64,000 nucleotides of DNA from Candidatus Aminicenantales bacterium (GTDB lineage: Bacteria; Acidobacteriota; Aminicenantia; Aminicenantales; UBA8522). Both the position numbers and the translations under genes were made by a program. A model generated the notes under the pieces. It was not told the DNA's origin. It made no database searches and was given only the letters and a program-made list of their open reading frames with translations. The first letter of the stretch is position 1. Every line of letters begins with the position of its first letter. The DNA is taken from contig JBAUIH010000209.1 in the NCBI GenBank assembly GCA_049682755.1, positions 208 to 64,207 on the forward strand, written 5' to 3'. This document shows positions 56,664 through 64,000 of the stretch, in pieces.

Positions 56664-58581
56664 TGCGCCGACCGTTATTTTCCTGGGACAGCCGAACAGC
56701 GGCAAGAGCACGATGTTCAACGCCATCGCCGGTCCCAAGGCGCTGACCTCGAACTTTCCCGGCACAAGCTATAAACATACCCACAGCTTGGTCAATGCCG
56801 AAGGGCGTCTGCTCAACGTCGTCGACCTGCCGGGGACCTATTCGCTCAACCCCTCGGAGCCGGCCGAGAAGGTCATCCTCAGCCATCTCTTCCAGGAAAA
56901 GCCCGACCTCGTGGTCAACATCGTCGACGGTTCGACGCTGGGGAGGAGCCTGGAGCTGACCTTGGAACTCCTGGAGCTTGGCTTCCCCATCGTCATCGCC
57001 CTGAACATGGTCGACCTGGCGGAAAAAAAGGGCATCCATATCGACGCCGGGAAGCTGGAAAAAATCCTCAAGGTGCGGGTCATCCCGACCGTGGCCTCTC
57101 ACGGCCGGGGGATCAAAGAGCTTCTGGAGGCGGTCTTTTCATGTCTGGATAAGCCCGTTCCGGTGGTCTCTCCTACCTGGTCCGGAGACGTCGAGGAAGA
57201 GGTCGACCGGCTGGCCGCAATGATTCCGGCCGGGATGGTCGCCGTCGGCAATCCCCGATTCACGGCGATCAAACTGCTCGAGGCCCATGAATTGTTCTGC
57301 CTTGAGATCCTGGCCGAGGCCGAATCGGGACTTCACAAGGAACTCGACCGGGCCAAGGCCGCGATCGAAAGCAAACGGCAGGCCCCGGCCTATGAGGTCA
57401 TCGCCGCCGAGCGTCATCACCTGGCGTTCAAGATCTTTGAAGAGACCAGTCGGGTATCCCGGGGAAGGCAATTGAGCTGGGAACAGAGGATCGATGACGT
57501 GATCATGCATCCCATTCTCGGTTATCCCATTCTGGTGGTCATCTTCCTGGCCTTTTTCTTTCTCATCTTCAAGATCGGCAGCCCCTTGGAAGGATTTCTC
57601 CTTGGTCCGCTAGGACGTCTGAGGGAGGCGCTCTCAGGCCTTCTGGGATCGGGCCTGGTCTTCCATCTTGCCGATGGCCTGATCCAAGGGGTCGGAGGCG
57701 GCGCGGCGATTGTCCTGCCCTATTTCATCCCGCTTCTCTTCTTCATGGCCTTTCTTGAGGACCTGGGATATCTCTCCAGGGCCGGGTTCCTCCTGGACAC
57801 GTTCATGCACCGGATCGGCCTCCATGGAAAATCGGTCTCTCCGTTCGTCCTGGGCTTCGGCTGCAACGTCCCGGCCGTTCTCTCCACCCGGATCCTCGAG
57901 TCCCGGAGGGACCGTGAGATCACTTCGCTGCTCATCCCCTTTATCCCTTGCTCCGCCAGGACGACCATCATTCTGGCTCTCGTCGCCTTCTTCCTGGGCC
58001 CCGTCTATGCGCTCGGCTTCTATATCTTCAACATCCTCATCGTGGCCGTGATCGGCCGACTGCTATCCTTTTTTTTCAAGGATCCCTCACCCGGGCTCAT
58101 CCTGGAGATTCCCTCGCTCAAAGCGCCCTCCGTGGCGAACATGGTCCGGAAAACCTATCTCGAACTCAAATCCTTCGTCATCTTCGCCTGGCCGCTGCTC
58201 ATCGGAGGCAGCATCGTTCTGAGCCTGCTTCATTACCTGAATTTGGATAAGTTCTTGAACATCGCCTTCTCTCCGCTCATCGTCCACGGGCTGGGGCTTC
58301 CCCAAGAATTGGGAATCACCCTCATTTTCGGCTTTCTGCGCAAGGAGCTCTCGCTGATCATGATGCTCCAGGCGCTGGGTGTCGACTACAAGAATCTCCT
58401 GAGCGTCATTTCGCGGGAGCAGATTCTTGTCTTCACGGTCTTCGTCAGCTTCTTTATCCCCTGTCTGTCCACGTTCGCCATCCTGTGGAAAGAAACCGGC
58501 AAAAAAATCGCTCTCATCTCAGTCGGACTGAGCGTTGCCGTGGCTCTGGCGGTCAGCTTTCTGGTGAGGCTATTTTTCTAA
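56653..58581 (+). CDS. feoB: Ferrous iron transporter FeoB
   Basis: From ATG 56653: MKNDAPTVIFLGQPNSGKSTMFNAI (G1), DLPGTYS, NMVD, then a polytopic membrane domain. Overlaps the feoA end by 11 nt. Confidence 0.9.
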   Translation: MKNDAPTVIFLGQPNSGKSTMFNAIAGPKALTSNFPGTSYKHTHSLVNAEGRLLNVVDLPGTYSLNPSEPAEKVILSHLFQEKPDLVVNIVDGSTLGRSLELTLELLELGFPIVIALNMVDLAEKKGIHIDAGKLEKILKVRVIPTVASHGRGIKELLEAVFSCLDKPVPVVSPTWSGDVEEEVDRLAAMIPAGMVAVGNPRFTAIKLLEAHELFCLEILAEAESGLHKELDRAKAAIESKRQAPAYEVIAAERHHLAFKIFEETSRVSRGRQLSWEQRIDDVIMHPILGYPILVVIFLAFFFLIFKIGSPLEGFLLGPLGRLREALSGLLGSGLVFHLADGLIQGVGGGAAIVLPYFIPLLFFMAFLEDLGYLSRAGFLLDTFMHRIGLHGKSVSPFVLGFGCNVPAVLSTRILESRRDREITSLLIPFIPCSARTTIILALVAFFLGPVYALGFYIFNILIVAVIGRLLSFFFKDPSPGLILEIPSLKAPSVANMVRKTYLELKSFVIFAWPLLIGGSIVLSLLHYLNLDKFLNIAFSPLIVHGLGLPQELGITLIFGFLRKELSLIMMLQALGVDYKNLLSVISREQILVFTVFVSFFIPCLSTFAILWKETGKKIALISVGLSVAVALAVSFLVRLFF

Positions 58582-58917
58582 GATAACGACGGCGACCGCA
58601 TACGCCGCCAGGTGAGAAACGGAGACGTGCACCCGGTCGAACGACCCCCGCGCCTGGCCTTCAATCACCAGGTCGGGTTGGCCGGACGGCCGGTTGACGA
58701 GTTCGACATCCTTCCAGCCGATCCGCCTTCCCAGTGCCTTGAAGAAAGCCTCTTTGGCGGCGAACCGGGCGGCATAATTCTGATGCCTGTTCCTTTTTTG
58801 CGAACAGTATTGGATCTCGCGGGGCGTGAAGGTCCTTCCCAGGAACCTCGGGCTCTGCCCGGCCAGACGGGCGATCCTGTCCACTTCGATGATGTCAATC
58901 CCGATGCCAACGATCAT
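58570..58917 (-). CDS. acpS: Holo-[acyl-carrier-protein] synthase
   Basis: MIVGIGIDIIEVDRI...FAAKEAFFKALG...SVSH. Confidence 0.9.
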   Translation of the reverse strand: MIVGIGIDIIEVDRIARLAGQSPRFLGRTFTPREIQYCSQKRNRHQNYAARFAAKEAFFKALGRRIGWKDVELVNRPSGQPDLVIEGQARGSFDRVHVSVSHLAAYAVAVVILEK

Positions 58918-60685
58918 GCCCTTTCTCCTTCAGGAGCCTGGCCATTTTGGGGCCGACGACGGCCGTTAGCTCTTTCTCCGGAGCCCTGGCGATCTCCTCC
59001 AGGGTCTGATAGCGCGCGAGCAAGGCCATTTTCCTTTTACTGCCTAGGCCCGGGATGCCGTCGAGGGCGGACGCGAAACTCTTTTTTTCCCGCCGCTGTC
59101 GGTGAAAAGAGACGGCGAAACGGTGGGCTTCATCACGGATGTGCTGGAGCAGTCTTAGGGCCAGAGATGTCCGGTCGATCCGCAGGCCGGATTTCGTCTT
59201 CGGAGTAAAGACGATCTCTTCCTTTTTGGCCAGTGAGACCACGGCAATGTCAGGCCGATCCAGCTCCCGGAGCGCCGTTTCGGCGGCCCGGAGCTGTCCC
59301 TTGCCGCCATCGACCAGGATGAGGTCGGGAAAAACCCGGCCCTCCGCCAGAACCCGGGCGTAGCGGCGCCGGACGACTTCACGCAGGGCGGCGACATCGT
59401 TCGGACCGGCGACTCCCTTGACTTTGTACTTCCTGTACTCGTTCTTGTTCGGCTTTCCTCCCTCAAAGACGACTAGGGAGCCTACCGCTTCGTCCCCGCC
59501 GGTATTCGAGATGTCGAAGCCCTCGATCCGCTCGGGGGGTGATTTCAGCCCAAGAACCTCAGCCAACTCTCTCAGCGCAAGACCATCCCTGGTCCTTTTT
59601 TTCAACAAGCTGGCGGCATTCTGATTGGCTAGGTCGACAAGCTTTCTGGCCCGGCCTTTTTGAGGGGCCAGAATTCGGATGGCCTTACCTTTCCGGGTCG
59701 AGAGCCGGGCGGCGAAATCGGCCGACGCTGCCGGGGAGGAGGGCAACACTATTTTTGCGGGGAGGTCCAGGCTGTTTCGGTAGAAATCCTCCAGGACCCG
59801 GCCCAGAAGCCCATCGACCGGAGTGCCTTCCGGCTCGCGCCGCACGATCTCCTCCGCCTGCCGGACTTTGCCCCGGCGCATGATGAAGATGTAGATGGCC
59901 AACTGATCCGCCTCCCTGGCCAGGCCGAAGATATCGACATCCTCGAGGGAGACGGAGATCAGGCTCGGCCTCTCTTTGACCTCCTCGATTGTCCGGATGA
60001 GGTCGCGCCAATGAGCCGCCTGCTCATAGTCCAAGCGTTGGGATGCCCCGTTCATTTTTTCCCTGAGGATCGGGAGCAATTGTTCGGTTCGTCCCTCCAA
60101 GAAGAGACGGGCATTGGCGACGTTTTCCCTGTAATCCGCTTCTCCGATAAAGCCCACGCAGGGGGCCGAGCAGAGCTTGAGATCGTATTCCAGACAAGGC
60201 CTTCGGCGTCTTCCCGGAATGCTCTCCGCGCATCCCCTGATGCCGAAGTACCGGTTGAGCAGGTGGATCGTCTTGCGTGCCTGGGAGGCCGGGCTGAAGG
60301 GGCCGAAGTAGCCGGCTCCGTCGTCCTCGACCTTGCGGGTGAGGTAAACGCCGGGATATCTTTCCGACGTCGTCAGCTTGAGATAGGGAAAGCTCTTGTC
60401 GTCTTTGAGACGCAAGTTAAACTTGGGCTGGTATCTTTGGACGAAGTTGTTCTCCAGGAAGGCCGCTTCCTTTTCCGAACCGGTGAGAATGAAGTCAAGG
60501 TCGGTTGTCTCGGCGATGATCTGGGTGACCTTGAGATCGGACGTCGGCAGGAAGTAGGACCTGACGCGATCCTTGAGAGAGCGCGCTTTGCCGACATAAA
60601 TGATCTCTCCCGTCCGGTTCTTGAAAAAATAGATGCCCGCTTTATCGGGGATTTCAGCCAGCCTCTGTTTGAATTCTTGCTCCAT
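58895..60685 (-). CDS. uvrC: Excinuclease ABC subunit C
   Basis: GIY-YIG (AGIYFFKNRTGEIIYVGKA), a UVR domain, the RNase H-like endonuclease domain, and a C-terminal HhH. Confidence 0.95.
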   Translation of the reverse strand: MEQEFKQRLAEIPDKAGIYFFKNRTGEIIYVGKARSLKDRVRSYFLPTSDLKVTQIIAETTDLDFILTGSEKEAAFLENNFVQRYQPKFNLRLKDDKSFPYLKLTTSERYPGVYLTRKVEDDGAGYFGPFSPASQARKTIHLLNRYFGIRGCAESIPGRRRRPCLEYDLKLCSAPCVGFIGEADYRENVANARLFLEGRTEQLLPILREKMNGASQRLDYEQAAHWRDLIRTIEEVKERPSLISVSLEDVDIFGLAREADQLAIYIFIMRRGKVRQAEEIVRREPEGTPVDGLLGRVLEDFYRNSLDLPAKIVLPSSPAASADFAARLSTRKGKAIRILAPQKGRARKLVDLANQNAASLLKKRTRDGLALRELAEVLGLKSPPERIEGFDISNTGGDEAVGSLVVFEGGKPNKNEYRKYKVKGVAGPNDVAALREVVRRRYARVLAEGRVFPDLILVDGGKGQLRAAETALRELDRPDIAVVSLAKKEEIVFTPKTKSGLRIDRTSLALRLLQHIRDEAHRFAVSFHRQRREKKSFASALDGIPGLGSKRKMALLARYQTLEEIARAPEKELTAVVGPKMARLLKEKGHDRWHRD

Positions 60686-60688
60686 GGT

Positions 60689-62695
<2,007 letters not shown>

Positions 62696-62764
62696 TATAT
62701 CAATAATTCGAAGGGAGGTTGAGGGCAGGAGACTGGGAGAAGGGGAGCGGCTCCGTCCGGAAGA

Positions 62765-63130
62765 TCAGGGCTGGCTCAGAACCTTGACCGAGCCCTTGAA
62801 CTGGGCACCTTCCTCGATCGAGATAACGGCTGCGGAAAGATCGCCCTTGACTCGCCCCGTTCTCTCGATGATGATTTTTCCCGAGGCGGCGATATTCCCG
62901 TTGACTTCTCCTTTTACGGTGATGCTCCTGACCTTGACCTCGGCCTCGACCAAACCGCCCTCGGCGACCATGAGGTCATTGCCGGGGAAGTTGATTTTCC
63001 CGCGGAACTGACCGCGGAGGATCAGGTCTTCCTGGCCGCTGAAATCGCCTTGGAGAACGAGGGTGGCGCCCAGTACGGAGACTCTGGCCTGATGTTCCAA
63101 GGACGATTCCCTTCCGTTTGGGGATGTCAT
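62765..63130 (-). CDS. Bactofilin (polymer-forming cytoskeletal protein)
   Basis: Repetitive beta-helix pattern: G.F.G.I...G.L.V...G.V.A.V....I.V.G.V.G.I. Confidence 0.8.
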   Translation of the reverse strand: MTSPNGRESSLEHQARVSVLGATLVLQGDFSGQEDLILRGQFRGKINFPGNDLMVAEGGLVEAEVKVRSITVKGEVNGNIAASGKIIIERTGRVKGDLSAAVISIEEGAQFKGSVKVLSQP

Positions 63131-63229
63131 GGGCCTTCTCTCGAGCCGATAATTTCTCTCTGATTATAAAGACGGGCCATCGGGTTGTCAAACGAGTGTG
63201 GATTTTCTAGAATGGAGAGGGAGGCCGCC

Positions 63230-64000
63230 ATGAACAAAATCTATTCATATATCCTGATGAGTGCAGCCTGTATGTGCTTGTTATTGCTGTCGCTTCCGGC
63301 GGGGGAACTGAACGGCGGGATGCAAGTCATCAAAATCTTCCAGGCCGAGAAGGGATTCACTATCGACGGGGACCTGACGGACTGGACGGGAGTCCCTGAG
63401 GTTCCCCTTCAGCTCACGCCGGATGGCCAGGTTCTTTCACCATCTTCCGACCTGACAGTCACGGCCCGGTTCAGTTTCGACGCCAGGTCTTTTTACGCAG
63501 CGGTCTCGGTCCTGGACGACCGCATCGAGTTTCCGGGTCGGGGACGGCAAGAAGGTGACGGGTTTTACCTGACTCTTATCCACTCGGGCGCGGAAGGTGA
63601 TGGCGGCCGTCCCCAGATCTTCGGCTTCTCCCGTTTCGACAACGAACCTCTGGCGGTCGTCGCCCGGAGGGGAGATGAGACCGTCTCCTCCGTCCGGGAT
63701 ATCCAGCTCCAAATCAGAGGTGATGAGAACAAGCAGGAACTGACCTATGAGCTGGCCATCCCCTGGAAATACTTTTCCGGTCTCCGTCCTTTTTTGCAGC
63801 AGAAAGCGGCCATCAACCTCTCTTACGACGATCTCGACGCGGGGCAGAAAAAAGTCGTCCAACTCGTCCCCGACCCCGACTATGAGCCGGAAAATCCGGC
63901 TCCGAAAAAATCTCTTCCTTGTGAATTTATCGTCGGCCCTCCGCAATCCCTGGAATTCCAGTCTTTGTTGAACGCCAATCACTTCTACCCGGAGGATGAA
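63230..64000 (+). CDS. Secreted protein with CBM9/DOMON-like N-terminal domain, 5' part; continues beyond window end
   Basis: Absent from the ORF track because there is no stop in the window. GGAGAGGGAGG RBS. Signal peptide MNKIYSYILMSAACMCLLLLSLPAG, then FTIDGDLTDWTGVPEV...FYAAVSVLDD, reminiscent of carbohydrate-binding family 9-like modules. Confidence 0.5.
   Translation, partial: MNKIYSYILMSAACMCLLLLSLPAGELNGGMQVIKIFQAEKGFTIDGDLTDWTGVPEVPLQLTPDGQVLSPSSDLTVTARFSFDARSFYAAVSVLDDRIEFPGRGRQEGDGFYLTLIHSGAEGDGGRPQIFGFSRFDNEPLAVVARRGDETVSSVRDIQLQIRGDENKQELTYELAIPWKYFSGLRPFLQQKAAINLSYDDLDAGQKKVVQLVPDPDYEPENPAPKKSLPCEFIVGPPQSLEFQSLLNANHFYPEDE

Overview
64-kb window from a moderately GC-rich bacterial chromosome, probably an uncultivated anaerobe (I cannot assign the taxon). 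Genes are tightly packed with many ATGA or 1-nt junctions, and there is one tRNA-Pro. Positions ~4.9-23.7 kb hold a type I R-M locus (hsdM-orf123-hsdS ... fic-hsdR, all on the minus strand). It is split by a visibly AT-richer block of roughly 10-11 kb packed with toxin and defence genes. That block carries a SoFic-like Fic protein, two AbiEi-like wHTH genes with no AbiEii partner, DarT-DarG, an AbiU2-like HEPN protein and a DUF4238 protein. It also carries a 64-aa ORF overlapping an 818-aa Rad50/RloC-like zinc-hook ABC ATPase, and a second HEPN-motif protein. A 415-bp non-coding element is duplicated upstream of both AbiEi-like genes, and its TTATTAAAG-type palindromes recur a third time directly upstream of fic. 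The most likely undescribed biology is (i) the small-ORF + zinc-hook ATPase pair and (ii) the AbiEi-like regulator plus conserved non-coding element that heads unrelated toxin cassettes. The rest of the window is housekeeping: AmmeMemoRadiSam genes, surE, rarA, a MobB-ThiF fusion, AOR with a MoaD-like protein, panBCD, 2-oxoacid dehydrogenase E1/E2, guaB, secA, feoAB behind a Fur box, acpS and uvrCB. It is interrupted by a three-copy composite intergenic repeat family, REP-like hairpins, one frameshifted gene and one decayed peptidase remnant. All family calls come from motif recognition by eye; no database search was run. Hand-derived coordinates may be off by 1-2 nt.
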